Assembly (NCBI GenBank): GCA_040386195.1
Contig: JAZKFV010000012.1
Span: 64,342 to 128,341, forward strand
Reading direction: 5' to 3'
DNA: 64,000 bases
DNA from: Pseudomonadota bacterium
GTDB taxonomy: Bacteria; Pseudomonadota; Alphaproteobacteria; Rickettsiales; UBA1997
Shown here: positions 48,973-60,324 of the stretch, piece by piece
Layout: every line of letters begins with the position of its first letter
Numbering within the stretch: position 1 is the first letter of the stretch
Made by a program: the position numbers and the translations under genes
Notes under the pieces: model-generated
The model's database searches: none
Told to the model about the DNA's origin: nothing
What the model saw: only the letters and a program-made list of their open reading frames with translations

Positions 48973-51486
48973 ATGAGAAATTTATTAATTGTTGAGTCTC
49001 CTGCTAAAGCTAAAACTATTGGCAAATATTTGGGGAAGGATTATGAAGTTATTGCATCATTCGGGCATATTCGTGATTTGCCGAGCAAGACTGGATCGGT
49101 TGAGCCGGACAATGATTTTGCTATGCATTATGAAGTGTCGGCTAAATCGGCTAAATATGCTAAGGCGATTGTTGATAGAGCTAAAGGATGCGATAAAATT
49201 ATTCTCGCTCCCGATCCGGATCGGGAAGGAGAATCAATTGCTTGGCACGTTGCTGAAGTGTTGCGTCAGAAAAAAGCGATCACTTCCAAAACTAAAATTG
49301 AAAGAGTTGTCTTTAACTCAATTACTAAAACTTCAATTTTAGAAGCCGTAAAAAATCCTCGTGAAATTGATATTGATTTAGTCAACGCCCAGCAAGCGCG
49401 TCGGGCTTTGGATTATTTAGTGGGCTTTACTTTATCGCCGGTTTTGTGGCGAAAATTGCCGGGCAGTAAATCGGCTGGACGCGTTCAGTCAGTGGCTCTG
49501 CGTATAATTTGTGATCGTGAAGATGAGATTGAGGCATTTAAAAGTGAAGAATATTGGGATGTTAAAGTTGATTTGCAAAGCGACACCAAACAAAAATTAA
49601 CTGCAAATTTAACTCATATTAATGGCGAGAGATTGGATAAATTTACCATTAACAATAAAGTTCAAGCTGAAGAAATTGCTAAATTGCTCGAAAACAAAAA
49701 ATATCAAGTTGTTTCCGTTAATAGAAAAGAGGTTCGCCGCAAGCCTTACGCGCCTTTCACAACTTCGTCACTTCAGCAAGAAGCGGCGCGCAAATTAGGT
49801 TTTTCAGCGAAAAAAACTATGCAAGTGGCGCAAAAACTTTATGAAGGTTTGGATGTTGGTTCGGGCACGATGGGTTTGATTACTTATATGAGAACTGACG
49901 GAGTGGATGTGGCGCCAGAAGCAATTGTTGAAGCTAGAAATTTTATCAATCAAGCTTACGGTAAAAAATATTTACCAGACAGTCCGATTGCTTATAAAAG
50001 CAAAATCAAAAACGCTCAAGAAGCCCACGAAGCAATTCGCCCCACTGATTTTTCCTTACCTCCCAAAGCAATTGCCAGCTATTTAGAAAAAGATTTTTTA
50101 GCGCTCTATGATTTGATCTGGAAAAGAATGGTCGCTTCACAAATGGCGGATGTGGTGATGGATCAAGTTGCGGTGGTGATTAAAACTAATCCAAATTATG
50201 GCGAGCTTAGAGCAGTTGGATCGGTGGTTAAATTTGATGGGTTTTATGTGCTTTATAATGAAGATAAAGATGACGAAGAGGATGAAGCCAGTGAAGATAA
50301 GAAGGCAATTTTGCCGGATGTTAATGTTAATGACAATTTAGCTTTATTAGAAGTTAAGCCAGCGCAACATTTCACCGAGCCATTGCCTAGATATTCTGAA
50401 GCAAGTTTGGTTAAAAAAATGGAAGAGCTTGGAATTGGTCGTCCTTCAACTTATGCCAATATTATTTCAGTTTTACAAGATCGCGGCTATGTAAAATTAG
50501 AGAAAAAAAGATTCACTCCTGAAGAGCGCGGCAGAGTTGTGGTGGTGTTTTTAAAATCATTTTTCCCTAAATATGTTGAATATGATTACACCGCCAAAAT
50601 GGAAGATGATTTGGATATTATTTCCAACGGAAAATTGGATTGGAAAAAATTCTTAGAAAATTTCTGGTTAAATTTTAATAGTAATATTGGTGAGGTTAGC
50701 AAAAAAACTATTCCCGAAATTTTAGATAGTTTGAACCAACATATTTCTCCTTATATTTTTGGAGTTGATGAACATGGCAAAGCTAAACACCAATGCCCGT
50801 CTTGCTCAAAAGGAACGCTTGGAATTAAAATTGGCGGCTTTGGAGTTTTTGTGGGCTGTTCAAATTATCCGGAATGTAAATATACCAAATCATTTTCTGA
50901 CGATAAAAATGCTGGCGAATTAATTGAGAACGCTGACGGCACAACTGAGCGCCGCGTGTTTGAGCCAATTTTTGTGGGCGATGGTGATAATCAAGGTGAT
51001 AAAATCTTTATCAAAAAAGGGCCTTATGGGCTTTATATTGAATTGGCGAATGACACTTTGGTTGCAGCTGAGGAGCCGGAAGTTGAAGTTAAAGAAACTA
51101 AGAAAAAAACTGCAAAAAAATCTAAAGAAAAAACTAAAGATAAAAAAACAACTAAGAAAAAAGCTAAAAAAGATAATAAGCCAAAACCAAAAAGAGTTTC
51201 ACTTCCTAGAAATATTAAGGTTGAAGATGTTGATCTAAAACTCGCTAAAAAACTTTTATCGCTACCAAGAGAAGTTGGAATTCATCCGGAAAATGGTTTG
51301 AAAATTGTTGCTTCAATTGGCCCGTTTGGACCTTATTTATTGCATGATGGCAAATATTCTTCAGTGAAAGAAGATGATATTTTGGAAATTGGTTTGAATC
51401 GTGCGATTGATTTAATCGCTGAAGTGCAAAGCAAAAAAGCGTCTAAATCTAAAACTGGTTCTAACTTTAGAAAAAAACGTAAATAA
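48973..51486 (+). CDS. topA: DNA topoisomerase I
   Basis: 837-aa ORF with the TOPRIM LLIVESPAKAKTIGKYLG and DPDREGE, the active-site ITYMRTDG, a Zn ribbon CPSC...GCSNYPEC, and a Lys-rich C-terminal tail. Confidence 0.95.
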   Translation: MRNLLIVESPAKAKTIGKYLGKDYEVIASFGHIRDLPSKTGSVEPDNDFAMHYEVSAKSAKYAKAIVDRAKGCDKIILAPDPDREGESIAWHVAEVLRQKKAITSKTKIERVVFNSITKTSILEAVKNPREIDIDLVNAQQARRALDYLVGFTLSPVLWRKLPGSKSAGRVQSVALRIICDREDEIEAFKSEEYWDVKVDLQSDTKQKLTANLTHINGERLDKFTINNKVQAEEIAKLLENKKYQVVSVNRKEVRRKPYAPFTTSSLQQEAARKLGFSAKKTMQVAQKLYEGLDVGSGTMGLITYMRTDGVDVAPEAIVEARNFINQAYGKKYLPDSPIAYKSKIKNAQEAHEAIRPTDFSLPPKAIASYLEKDFLALYDLIWKRMVASQMADVVMDQVAVVIKTNPNYGELRAVGSVVKFDGFYVLYNEDKDDEEDEASEDKKAILPDVNVNDNLALLEVKPAQHFTEPLPRYSEASLVKKMEELGIGRPSTYANIISVLQDRGYVKLEKKRFTPEERGRVVVVFLKSFFPKYVEYDYTAKMEDDLDIISNGKLDWKKFLENFWLNFNSNIGEVSKKTIPEILDSLNQHISPYIFGVDEHGKAKHQCPSCSKGTLGIKIGGFGVFVGCSNYPECKYTKSFSDDKNAGELIENADGTTERRVFEPIFVGDGDNQGDKIFIKKGPYGLYIELANDTLVAAEEPEVEVKETKKKTAKKSKEKTKDKKTTKKKAKKDNKPKPKRVSLPRNIKVEDVDLKLAKKLLSLPREVGIHPENGLKIVASIGPFGPYLLHDGKYSSVKEDDILEIGLNRAIDLIAEVQSKKASKSKTGSNFRKKRK

Positions 51487-51487
51487 A

Positions 51488-53308
51488 ATGGCAAAAGAAA
51501 TAGCAGAAGAAAATCTCGATCATAATCCATATTCGCTTAATGAAGATGATAAACGTTTGCTGTTAAAACAATCAATTCAACAAATTTCCAGCCCATCATT
51601 TTTATGTCAGATTGAACCGGAAAATCCTAACTTTCTGGAAATTATTGAATGCAATGAACAATTTTTAAAAAACTTTGCTTTAGAAAAAATTGAAGTGATT
51701 GGCAATAATTATGATTTCTTGTTGCAAGGTGAAGATGTTGAATATGGTTCAAATAATTATTTTGAATATATCAATCTCATCAAAGCAGTCAAAAGCCTAC
51801 AAGTTACTAATATCAAAGTTAGTATTCCTTATCCAAAAGATAAAAATAAAATTGAAGAATTTAAGGTTAGCTTTGTTCCAAGCCGCTATAAAACTCGCAA
51901 TATTTACTGTGTTTTTTCTTTTGAACAATTAGCAAAAAATGCCCAAGAAGAAAATGATGGAACTCATTCAATTGCCTTAATTCAGAATTTAGAAAGAGCA
52001 ATTAGAAATGAAAGAATGCTCAGAAGCATTAGCGATTTAATTGCATCGGAAGCAAATTTGAAAGGCATTGCTCAAACAATTGTCAAAACGATGTGCGAGT
52101 ATTTAAAAGTTGATAGATGTATGCTTTACGATTGCGACAACGGTGATTCTGGATTTGTGGTTGAGCATTGCACTAAAGGCACTCAAAAAATTTCTGAGGC
52201 GGGTGATATTAAAAATCCGGAATCGCCAATTGCGCGCTATATTGAATTTCAAAATCAATTATTTTTAGATATTAATCGTCTCAAAAAAACCACCACAATG
52301 ACGGTTTATGAAGATGTTAAAAATGATCCAAAATTTAAGGTCATTGAAAATGTTTGTGATCATTTTGGGATTGGTTCGCAAATCGTGGTAATAATGATTA
52401 CTAACGACACGATTAGCGGCGGATTTTATCTACAACAATCAGCAAAAAGAAGTTGGCTTTTGGAAGAGAGTGAATTGATTAATATTATTGCCAGTCAGTT
52501 TTCAATGGCAATTGATCGCGCTAACTACACTCACAAATTATTAATTTCCAACCAAGAGCTATTAGAAAAAAGCAATAAACTAGCTGAATCATTAGTTCAG
52601 GAAAAAAGAATGCGTGAATTACAAAGTGAATTTGTTGCTCTGGTTTCTCACGAGTTCAAAACGCCACTACAAATTATCGACGGCGCTCGAGAATTGGTGA
52701 TGAGAAAATTCAAAACAATAAATATTGCCGATGAGGTAATTGATAAATCTTTAGATCGTATCAAAAGCGCGATTGTGAGAATGAGTAACTTGATTCAGAG
52801 TAATTTAAATTTGTCTAAAATTGAAATTGGCGAAGAAGGAATTAAGGTTAATAAACAAAATTTTGACATCAAAGCTTTGGTGCAAGATATAGTTGAAAAA
52901 AACTTTAATTTAGCGCAAGAAAAACACATTAATATTGAAATTAATGTCGATAATTTTCCTGATGCTTATCTTGGTGATCAAAAATTATTAGACCATTCTT
53001 TTACCAACATCATTACTAACGCCATCAAATATTCTAAGGCTAATTCAGTAGTAAAAATTTCTGGCGCTATTAAAGAAAATAAATTGTTTTTAAAAGTTGC
53101 TGATAACGGAATTGGCATTCCTAAAGATGATTTGGATCGGATTGGTAAAAAGTTTTTTAGAGCCAAAAACACTTTGTCAGTTGCTGGAACTGGCATTGGT
53201 TTATATCTTACTAAATATTTTATCGAATTACACGGTGGTTCTGTTTTGATAGAAAGTGAATTGGATGTTGGAACAACCATAACCGCCTTTCTTCCAATTG
53301 CTAATTAA
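51488..53308 (+). CDS. Cytoplasmic sensor histidine kinase (PAS-like N-terminus, GAF, HisKA, HATPase_c)
   Basis: 606-aa ORF with a GAF-like region (IVKTMCEYLKVDRCMLYDCD...). Kinase motifs are the H-box FVALVSHEFKTPL, N-box NIITNAIKYS, G1 DNGIGI and G2 GTGIGL. It starts 1 nt after the topA stop. Confidence 0.8.
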   Translation: MAKEIAEENLDHNPYSLNEDDKRLLLKQSIQQISSPSFLCQIEPENPNFLEIIECNEQFLKNFALEKIEVIGNNYDFLLQGEDVEYGSNNYFEYINLIKAVKSLQVTNIKVSIPYPKDKNKIEEFKVSFVPSRYKTRNIYCVFSFEQLAKNAQEENDGTHSIALIQNLERAIRNERMLRSISDLIASEANLKGIAQTIVKTMCEYLKVDRCMLYDCDNGDSGFVVEHCTKGTQKISEAGDIKNPESPIARYIEFQNQLFLDINRLKKTTTMTVYEDVKNDPKFKVIENVCDHFGIGSQIVVIMITNDTISGGFYLQQSAKRSWLLEESELINIIASQFSMAIDRANYTHKLLISNQELLEKSNKLAESLVQEKRMRELQSEFVALVSHEFKTPLQIIDGARELVMRKFKTINIADEVIDKSLDRIKSAIVRMSNLIQSNLNLSKIEIGEEGIKVNKQNFDIKALVQDIVEKNFNLAQEKHINIEINVDNFPDAYLGDQKLLDHSFTNIITNAIKYSKANSVVKISGAIKENKLFLKVADNGIGIPKDDLDRIGKKFFRAKNTLSVAGTGIGLYLTKYFIELHGGSVLIESELDVGTTITAFLPIAN

Positions 53309-53316
53309 TTTTCTTT

Positions 53317-54441
53317 ATGATCAAAAAATTATCTCTGCTATTTTTTTTAATGATTTCTTTTGGTGCTAATGTTGCCGCAAAAGATGATGAACAATATCCA
53401 AATATTTCCGGCAAAGCTTTATTTGAATTTAGAGGCGACAGCATTACTTCGAGCAAAAAAGATAATATCAATGCCAATAACGGCAATATCAATATTGATA
53501 CTGATTTTGGTCTTAATTTTAACAAAAATTGGTCATTAATCACCAATTGGAGATTTGCGCCAATGAATCAGCAAAGTGCTAATAATCCGGAAAGATATCG
53601 TCAAATTCTAGCCAATAAACGCGGCAACGGTTTGAGTGAAGATGGTTTGGCGGTTGATCAGCTTAAAGGTCAATTTGAAAATGAAGATCTAAGATTTTTT
53701 TTCGGCAAGTTTAATCCAGCTTTTGGAACGGCATTTAGAAAGGAAAAAAGAATTGGGGTTTTTGTAATTGATTTCACTAAAGATTACGAGTTAAGAGGCA
53801 AAATTGGCGTTGGCTTCAGTGCGCTTTTGGAAAAAAGCGAAATAACTGTTGATACTTTTTTTAACGACACCACCGCACTTAGTAACAGCGCTATTGAAAA
53901 AAGAGGAACCGAAAATAGATCCAATGGTTTAGCCGGCAACACTTCCAGCCCATCTTCTTATACCGCCGCAATTGAAGGGCAAGATTTTTTTGGAGTAAAA
54001 GATTTATTCTATAATTTTGGTTATCGAAATTTAGCAGTTGATAATTTGCCAGGCAGAGATAACGAAACTGGTATGGTTGGCGGCTTGGAATATCTCTTTC
54101 CTGTCGGGATAAAAACTTCACTGATTCCTTTTATTGAAATTGCTTCAATTAATAATTTGAGCGGTATTAAAGGTCGCAATTCTACCTACACAACCGTGGC
54201 TTTAATTGGAAAATACAGCAGCTGGACAGCTAGTATTGCCAGAGTTTCTAGAAGCATAAGACAAAAAAATATTCTCACTAGCGAAGATCTCGGTCGTACC
54301 AATGACAAACAAATGCAATATTCGGTTGGTTATAAATTTAGCAATAATATTGCCGTTGATATTAGTAGGGCCAATATTAAAGAAGACGGACGCAAGGCCG
54401 GCTTGCTTGGGGTTTTGGTGTCTTATGTCTACAATTTCTAA
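53317..54441 (+). CDS. Outer-membrane beta-barrel protein (porin-like)
   Basis: 374-aa ORF with a signal peptide (LLFFLMISFGANVAA) and alternating amphipathic strands. It has the C-terminal OMP signature ...VSYVYNF with a terminal Phe. Confidence 0.6.
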   Translation: MIKKLSLLFFLMISFGANVAAKDDEQYPNISGKALFEFRGDSITSSKKDNINANNGNINIDTDFGLNFNKNWSLITNWRFAPMNQQSANNPERYRQILANKRGNGLSEDGLAVDQLKGQFENEDLRFFFGKFNPAFGTAFRKEKRIGVFVIDFTKDYELRGKIGVGFSALLEKSEITVDTFFNDTTALSNSAIEKRGTENRSNGLAGNTSSPSSYTAAIEGQDFFGVKDLFYNFGYRNLAVDNLPGRDNETGMVGGLEYLFPVGIKTSLIPFIEIASINNLSGIKGRNSTYTTVALIGKYSSWTASIARVSRSIRQKNILTSEDLGRTNDKQMQYSVGYKFSNNIAVDISRANIKEDGRKAGLLGVLVSYVYNF

Positions 54442-54484
54442 AAGTTAGTGAACAGTTTTCAATATTAAACCAACAACTTAATTT

Positions 54485-56896
54485 ATGTCAGAAATATTTT
54501 CTCAACTCCCGCATTTCAATCAAATAATTTTATTGGCAGCATTGTTTTTGGCTTACAACTCTTTGCCGGTAATATTTTGGGCAGTTTTGGGTTTGATTTT
54601 TACATTACAATTCAACCCGTCTATTTTTGCTTTGTCGGCTTACTCAATCTTTGCTTTGTTATTTATTTTTCCAGTACTCAGAAAAAACCTGATTACCAGA
54701 CAAATCATTGTTGTAATTAAATATCTTAAACTATTACCAAAAATTTCTGACACTGAAAAAACTGCCTTAAAATCAGGAACAGTATGGGTTGATGGTGAAT
54801 TATTTTCCGGTAGTCCAAACTTTAAAAATATCTTTGCTAATAACTATCCGGTTTTGACCGATGAAGAAAAATCATTTTTAGAAAATGAAGTTGAAGATTT
54901 ATGCGCAATGTGCATCGATAGCGAAGTTTATCACAATAAAGATTTATCGCCGCAAACTTGGCAATATTTAAAAGATAAAAAGTTTTTTGGAATGATCATT
55001 CCTAAAAAATACGGCGGTCTTGGTTTCTCAGCCTTTGCTCACAGTTCGGTGATTCAAAAATTATCTTCAAGATCAGTGCCTTTGGCAATCACAGCAATGG
55101 TTCCTAATTCATTAGGGCCAGCCGAATTGCTTTTACATTACGGAACCAAAGAGCAGCAAGATTATTATCTGCCAAGATTGGCAGTTGGTCTAGAAGTTCC
55201 GTGCTTTGCACTCACCGAACCAATGGCGGGAAGTGACGCAACTTCAATTATTGCTAACGGTTTAGTTTTTCAAGATAAAGATGGTGAGATCAAAATAAAA
55301 TTAAATTGGAATAAACGCTATATAACTCTGGGCGCAGTTGCTACTTTGATTGGGCTAGCTTTTCAGCTTCGTGATCCGGAAAATTTATTAGGATATGGCG
55401 TTGATGTTGGCATCACTTGCGCTTTGATTCCAAATGATACAAAGGGTGTTAAACAAGGCAGAAGACACGATCCGCTCGCCACTCCTTTTGTCAATTCACC
55501 GCTCAATGGCGACGATGTAATTATTGGATTAAATGCAATTATTGGTGGCAAAGATGGTGTGGGTAAAGGTTGGAAAATGTTAATGGAATGTTTGGCGGCA
55601 GGTCGAGGAATTTCTCTACCTTCAACCAGCACTGGCGGAGCCAAATTAGTTGCCAGAGTTGTAACTGCTTATGCCAATGTTAGACAACAATTTGGTCTTT
55701 CTATTGGTAAATTTGAAGGAGTTGAAAAAGTTTTAGCACGAATTATCGGCAAAACTTATACTCTCGAAGCAATGCGTTCTTTCACAGCTGGTGGTATTGA
55801 TTCAGGAGCAAAACCAGCAGTCATCACTGCAATTGTTAAATATCATTCCACCGAAATGTTTCGAGAAGTTGTGAGCGACGGTATGGATATTATGGGCGGC
55901 AGCGGCATTATTCGCGGTAAAAGAAATTTACTTGCTAACGCTTATTTTTCAGTGCCAATTTCCATAACGGTTGAAGGCGCTAACATTATGACCAGAAGCC
56001 TAATTCATTTTGGACAAGGCGCAATTATGTGTCATCCTTTTGTTTATAAGGAGATTGAAGCTTTAGAAAAAAATGATCTCACCAATTTTGATAAAGCTTT
56101 ATTCGGACATATTGCCCATTTCTCACGCAACCTAGTGAAAGCTTTATTTTTAAGCATTAGCCGCGGGCATCTTTATAAGCCAAGCACTAATGGTGTCATT
56201 GGTAAATATGAAAAAAAGTTAGCCTGGGCATCAGCCAGTTTCGCGGTTTTGGCGGATATTGCGATTATAAAATTTGGCGGCAATTTAAAAAGAAAAGAAA
56301 AACTCAATGGCCGTTTTGGCGATATTCTTTCAATGATGTATCTGGCAGTTTGTACACTAAAAAAATTCGATGTTGAAGGAAGAAAACCTGAAGATGAAGT
56401 TGTGATTGATTATATAATGAAAGATTTATTCACCAAAATGCAAAATGCCTTTGATGGTTTGTGGCAAAATTTATTTTCCAGCTGGCTCAATTTATTAACC
56501 ATTCCAATTGCCTTTTATGCAAAAATTAATGCCTTTATTTGTCCGGCAAAAGATGATTTAGAAAATCTTTTAGTTAGAAAAGCCCTTAAATCCGGTGAGT
56601 TCCGCAATAATTTAACTAACGGAATTTATTTACCTAAAGATCAAGACCAAGCTTTAATAAAATTAGAAAATGCGCTGGTTTTATTTGAAAAATCAGAAAT
56701 GGTTTTAACTGTGATCAAAAAAGCAATTAAAGAAAATCTATTACCCAAAAAAGATCTGAATGATTTGTTGGATATTGCTGCCGCTAAAAATATTATTAGC
56801 AAAGAAGATGCTGCAATAGTTAGACAATCCAAAGCGGCAACTTATGACGTTGTTCAGGTTGATGAATACAGCTTAGAAGATTATAAAAATATTTAA
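54485..56896 (+). CDS. fadE: Large membrane-associated acyl-CoA dehydrogenase (FadE-like)
   Basis: 803-aa ORF. N-terminal TM helices are followed by an ACAD core (LTEPMAGSDATSI, GKGWKMLMECLAAGR, SITVEGANIMTR) and a long C-terminal extension, as in E. coli FadE. Confidence 0.8.
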   Translation: MSEIFSQLPHFNQIILLAALFLAYNSLPVIFWAVLGLIFTLQFNPSIFALSAYSIFALLFIFPVLRKNLITRQIIVVIKYLKLLPKISDTEKTALKSGTVWVDGELFSGSPNFKNIFANNYPVLTDEEKSFLENEVEDLCAMCIDSEVYHNKDLSPQTWQYLKDKKFFGMIIPKKYGGLGFSAFAHSSVIQKLSSRSVPLAITAMVPNSLGPAELLLHYGTKEQQDYYLPRLAVGLEVPCFALTEPMAGSDATSIIANGLVFQDKDGEIKIKLNWNKRYITLGAVATLIGLAFQLRDPENLLGYGVDVGITCALIPNDTKGVKQGRRHDPLATPFVNSPLNGDDVIIGLNAIIGGKDGVGKGWKMLMECLAAGRGISLPSTSTGGAKLVARVVTAYANVRQQFGLSIGKFEGVEKVLARIIGKTYTLEAMRSFTAGGIDSGAKPAVITAIVKYHSTEMFREVVSDGMDIMGGSGIIRGKRNLLANAYFSVPISITVEGANIMTRSLIHFGQGAIMCHPFVYKEIEALEKNDLTNFDKALFGHIAHFSRNLVKALFLSISRGHLYKPSTNGVIGKYEKKLAWASASFAVLADIAIIKFGGNLKRKEKLNGRFGDILSMMYLAVCTLKKFDVEGRKPEDEVVIDYIMKDLFTKMQNAFDGLWQNLFSSWLNLLTIPIAFYAKINAFICPAKDDLENLLVRKALKSGEFRNNLTNGIYLPKDQDQALIKLENALVLFEKSEMVLTVIKKAIKENLLPKKDLNDLLDIAAAKNIISKEDAAIVRQSKAATYDVVQVDEYSLEDYKNI

Positions 56897-56898
56897 TT

Positions 56899-57315
56899 AT
56901 GGATCAAAATCACCAACTTATTGATGCGATCAAAAAGCGCTTAAAATTAAGAAAAATTTTAGTTTTTTTATGCGCCATAATCTTAATTTGCGGTCTATTG
57001 TCTTTTTTGTTTTATGGCTTTGACGCCACTAACAGCGCAATCAAATTTATTTCTAAAAAAGATCAAATTGATAATGTTGAAAAAGTTATGCTTAATCCGT
57101 ACATCAAATTTGAACATGATGATAATCAATTTTATGACATTAAAGCCAAAAAGGCAGTTCATAAAAATAAAGATGATGTTGAATTATTTGACGTTAAAGC
57201 ATCGGGAAATAAAGGTGATATAAGCGCCGGCAATCTTTTAATCACCAATAGCGGCAATGATTTACATTTCAGTAATAATCCAATTTTAATTATCAGAGAA
57301 ACTAAAAATGAGTAA
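56899..57315 (+). CDS. Hypothetical membrane-anchored periplasmic protein (possibly LptC-like)
   Basis: 138-aa ORF with an N-terminal TM ([19 protein letters not shown]) and a beta-rich remainder. The LptC idea rests only on size and topology, and no lptA/lptB is adjacent. Confidence 0.35.
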   Translation: MDQNHQLIDAIKKRLKLRKILVFLCAIILICGLLSFLFYGFDATNSAIKFISKKDQIDNVEKVMLNPYIKFEHDDNQFYDIKAKKAVHKNKDDVELFDVKASGNKGDISAGNLLITNSGNDLHFSNNPILIIRETKNE

Positions 57316-58378
57316 TAAATTCGGCAAACTTTTTTCTTTTACAACTTGGGGAGAAAGCCACGGTGAAGCAATTGGTTGTGTGATTGATGGCTGTCCGGCG
57401 CTGATTGATTTATGCGAAGATGATATTCAAAAATATTTAGAAAGAAGAAGACCAGGACAATCAAAATTTACCACTCAAAGGCAAGAAGAAGATAAAGTTA
57501 AAATTCTCTCCGGCGTTTTTGAAGGCAAAACTACTGGCACGCCAATCTCACTTATCATTTATAATCAAGATCAACGCAGCGGCGATTATGGCGATATCAA
57601 AGAAAAATTCCGTCCATCTCACGCCGATTACACCTATTTTCAAAAATACGGCATTCGCGATTATCGCGGCGGCGGGCGTTCTTCGGCAAGAGAAACGGCA
57701 ATGCGCGTTGCAGCTGGCGCAGTGGCAATCAAAGTTTTGGCGCAAGAAAATATTAAAATTATTGGTTATTTAAAACAGCTCGGCGATAAAAAAATTAATC
57801 CTCAAAATATTGATTATAGTCAAATTGATAATAACGATTTTTTCTGCCCCGATTCATCTTGCGTAAAGGATTGGGAAAATTATTTACTCGAAATTAGAAA
57901 AAGTGGTAACTCAGTTGGAGCCGCAATCGAATTGATCGCAACTGGCGTTCCGGTTGGTCTTGGTGAACCAATTTATAATAAATTAGACGCAGCAATTGCT
58001 TCAGCTTTAATGAGCATCAACGCCGTTAAAGCCGTTGAAATTGGCAATGGAGTTGATGCGGCAAATTTAAGTGGCTTCGATAATGCTGATGAAATGTGGA
58101 TGGAAAATAATCAGCTAAATTTTTCTTCCAACAATGCTGGTGGCATTTTGGGTGGCATTTCTAGCGGTCAAGATATTATTGCCAGATTCACCGTTAAGCC
58201 AACCAGCTCAATTTTGCATCCCAGAAGAACCATCGATATTAACGGCAACAACACCGAAATTATCACCAAAGGTCGCCACGATCCTTGCGTCGGCATCCGC
58301 GCCGTTCCAGTTGGCGAAGCAATGCTGGCTTGTGTTTTGCTCGATTTTTTATTGATTAACCGCGCTTATAAAAAGTAA
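57308..58378 (+). CDS. aroC: Chorismate synthase
   Basis: 356-aa ORF with [28 protein letters not shown] and GRHDPCV. Confidence 0.95.
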   Translation: MSNKFGKLFSFTTWGESHGEAIGCVIDGCPALIDLCEDDIQKYLERRRPGQSKFTTQRQEEDKVKILSGVFEGKTTGTPISLIIYNQDQRSGDYGDIKEKFRPSHADYTYFQKYGIRDYRGGGRSSARETAMRVAAGAVAIKVLAQENIKIIGYLKQLGDKKINPQNIDYSQIDNNDFFCPDSSCVKDWENYLLEIRKSGNSVGAAIELIATGVPVGLGEPIYNKLDAAIASALMSINAVKAVEIGNGVDAANLSGFDNADEMWMENNQLNFSSNNAGGILGGISSGQDIIARFTVKPTSSILHPRRTIDINGNNTEIITKGRHDPCVGIRAVPVGEAMLACVLLDFLLINRAYKK

Positions 58379-58388
58379 TATTTTCAAA

Positions 58389-60212
58389 GTGAACACCCAA
58401 AATTCTCCCGCATCAATCCTTCAAAAAATCTTCGGTTATAAAAACTTTCGCGGCGCGCAGGAAGAAATTATCGACCACATTATTTCCGGCAAAAATGCTT
58501 TAGTTTTAATGCCCACTGGCGGCGGAAAATCTTTTTGTTACCAAATTCCAGCTTTGTGTTTAGACGGTGTGGCGGTGGTGATTTCGCCTTTAATTGCGCT
58601 GATGCAAGATCAGGTTTTGGCGCTTAAAGAATATGGAGTTGCGGCTGAAGCGATTAACTCTTCAATGTCTTATGGACAAATCGAAAAAGTTAAAAATTCT
58701 CTTACCAATCAACAATTAAAACTACTTTACGTTTCGCCGGAAAGATTATTAATGCCGGAGTTTTTAGAATTTTTAACCAGCATAAAAATTTCATTATTTG
58801 CCATCGACGAAGCTCATTGCGTTTCGCAATGGGGGCACGATTTTCGTCCGGTTTATACTCAGCTTGCTATTTTGCAAAATAAATTCCCCAATGTGGTTAG
58901 AATGGCTCTAACCGCCACCGCCGATGTTCCAACCCGCCAAGATATTATTGAAAAACTCGGATTAAAAAATGCCAAAACTTTTTTAACCAGCTTTGATCGC
59001 CCCAATATTCACTACGCAATTTGCTCACGCAATAACAGCAAAAAACAATTATTAGAATTTATTAAAAGCAAACATTCTGGCGATAGCGGAATTGTTTATT
59101 GTTTATCGCGAAACAAAACTGAAGAAATTGCTGCATGGTTAAAAGAAGAAGGATTCAACGCTTTTGCCTATCACGGCGCAATGAGCGGCGCGGATCGCCA
59201 GAAAAGCCAAGAAAAATTTATTTATCAAGAAAGTGCCATAATGGTGGCAACAATTGCTTTTGGAATGGGCATTGACAAGCCCGATGTTCGTTTTGTGGCG
59301 CATTTAAATATTCCCAAAAACATTGAAGCCTATTATCAAGAAACCGGCAGAGCAGGGCGCGACGGGCTGGCGGCAGATGCTTGGATGTGTTATGGAATGC
59401 AAGATGTGATGATGCAAAGAAATTTTATTGCTGAATCAAATGCTGATGAAAATCAAAAACGCATTGAGAATCAAAAATTAAATTCTTTGCTTGGGCTTTG
59501 CGAAGCTTCTAATTGTCGCCGGCAAATTCTCTTGGAATATTTTGGTGAAAAAACCAGCAAACCTTGCGGCAATTGCGATATTTGTCAAAATCCGCCCCAA
59601 ACTTTTGACGGAACTATTGCCGCGCAAAAAGCCATTTCCTGCGCCTATCGCACTGGGCAAATTTTTGGTGTGGCATATTTGATTGATGTTTTACTTGGCG
59701 CGGATGATCAAAGAATCAAAAATTTTAATCATGATCAAATTAGTGTTTTTGGCATTGGCAAAGAATTTAGCAAGGCTGAATGGCAAAATATTTTTCGTCA
59801 ATTAGTGGCGATGAATTTATTAAAGGTTGATATTGCTGGTCACGGTGGCATAAAAATTACTATGCAAGGGCAAGATTTTTTGCGTGATAAAAAGCGAGTG
59901 ATTCAAATGCGTCGATACGAAAAAGTTGTGAAGATTAAAGACAAGCCAATCAAAATCAGCACCGCAAGAATTAATTTAGAATTAGAAAGCGAAGCAGAAA
60001 ATATTCTATTCGCCAAACTCAAAGCCAAACGCCTAGAAATCTCCAAAGCCCACAACCTCCCGCCTTACATTATTTTTCACGATAAAACTTTGATTGAAAT
60101 GGTAAAATCCAAACCACAAAATTTTGCCGAAATGCTAAAAATCAGCGGCGTTGGACAGCAGAAAATTGATAAATATGGTGAGGATTTTTTACGGATTATT
60201 TTGAGTTTGTAA
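58389..60212 (+). CDS. recQ: ATP-dependent DNA helicase RecQ
   Basis: 607-aa ORF with a GTG start. Motifs are MPTGGGKS, the DEAH box [18 protein letters not shown], the Zn-binding CRRQ...CGNCDIC, and a C-terminal HRDC ([14 protein letters not shown]). Confidence 0.95.
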   Translation: MNTQNSPASILQKIFGYKNFRGAQEEIIDHIISGKNALVLMPTGGGKSFCYQIPALCLDGVAVVISPLIALMQDQVLALKEYGVAAEAINSSMSYGQIEKVKNSLTNQQLKLLYVSPERLLMPEFLEFLTSIKISLFAIDEAHCVSQWGHDFRPVYTQLAILQNKFPNVVRMALTATADVPTRQDIIEKLGLKNAKTFLTSFDRPNIHYAICSRNNSKKQLLEFIKSKHSGDSGIVYCLSRNKTEEIAAWLKEEGFNAFAYHGAMSGADRQKSQEKFIYQESAIMVATIAFGMGIDKPDVRFVAHLNIPKNIEAYYQETGRAGRDGLAADAWMCYGMQDVMMQRNFIAESNADENQKRIENQKLNSLLGLCEASNCRRQILLEYFGEKTSKPCGNCDICQNPPQTFDGTIAAQKAISCAYRTGQIFGVAYLIDVLLGADDQRIKNFNHDQISVFGIGKEFSKAEWQNIFRQLVAMNLLKVDIAGHGGIKITMQGQDFLRDKKRVIQMRRYEKVVKIKDKPIKISTARINLELESEAENILFAKLKAKRLEISKAHNLPPYIIFHDKTLIEMVKSKPQNFAEMLKISGVGQQKIDKYGEDFLRIILSL

Positions 60213-60324
60213 AAAAATATTGCTGCAATACAAATTTTAGTTTGTTATATTTTTTTATCATTTTATTATAACAAAATCTTATCAAAATTCACCACTAACC
60301 GCAAACAAAATTCAAAAACAAACT

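Noticed and set aside
53301-53546. 81-aa minus-strand ORF spanning the kinase-porin junction
   Set aside because: It is antisense to the signal-peptide region of the porin-like gene and to the end of the kinase gene. It has a hydrophobic mirror composition and no independent support.
56899-57315. A firm annotation of the 138-aa anchored protein as LptC
   Set aside because: Only size and topology resemble LptC. It is shorter than typical LptC, and no lptA/lptB genes follow (aroC does). It is left as hypothetical.
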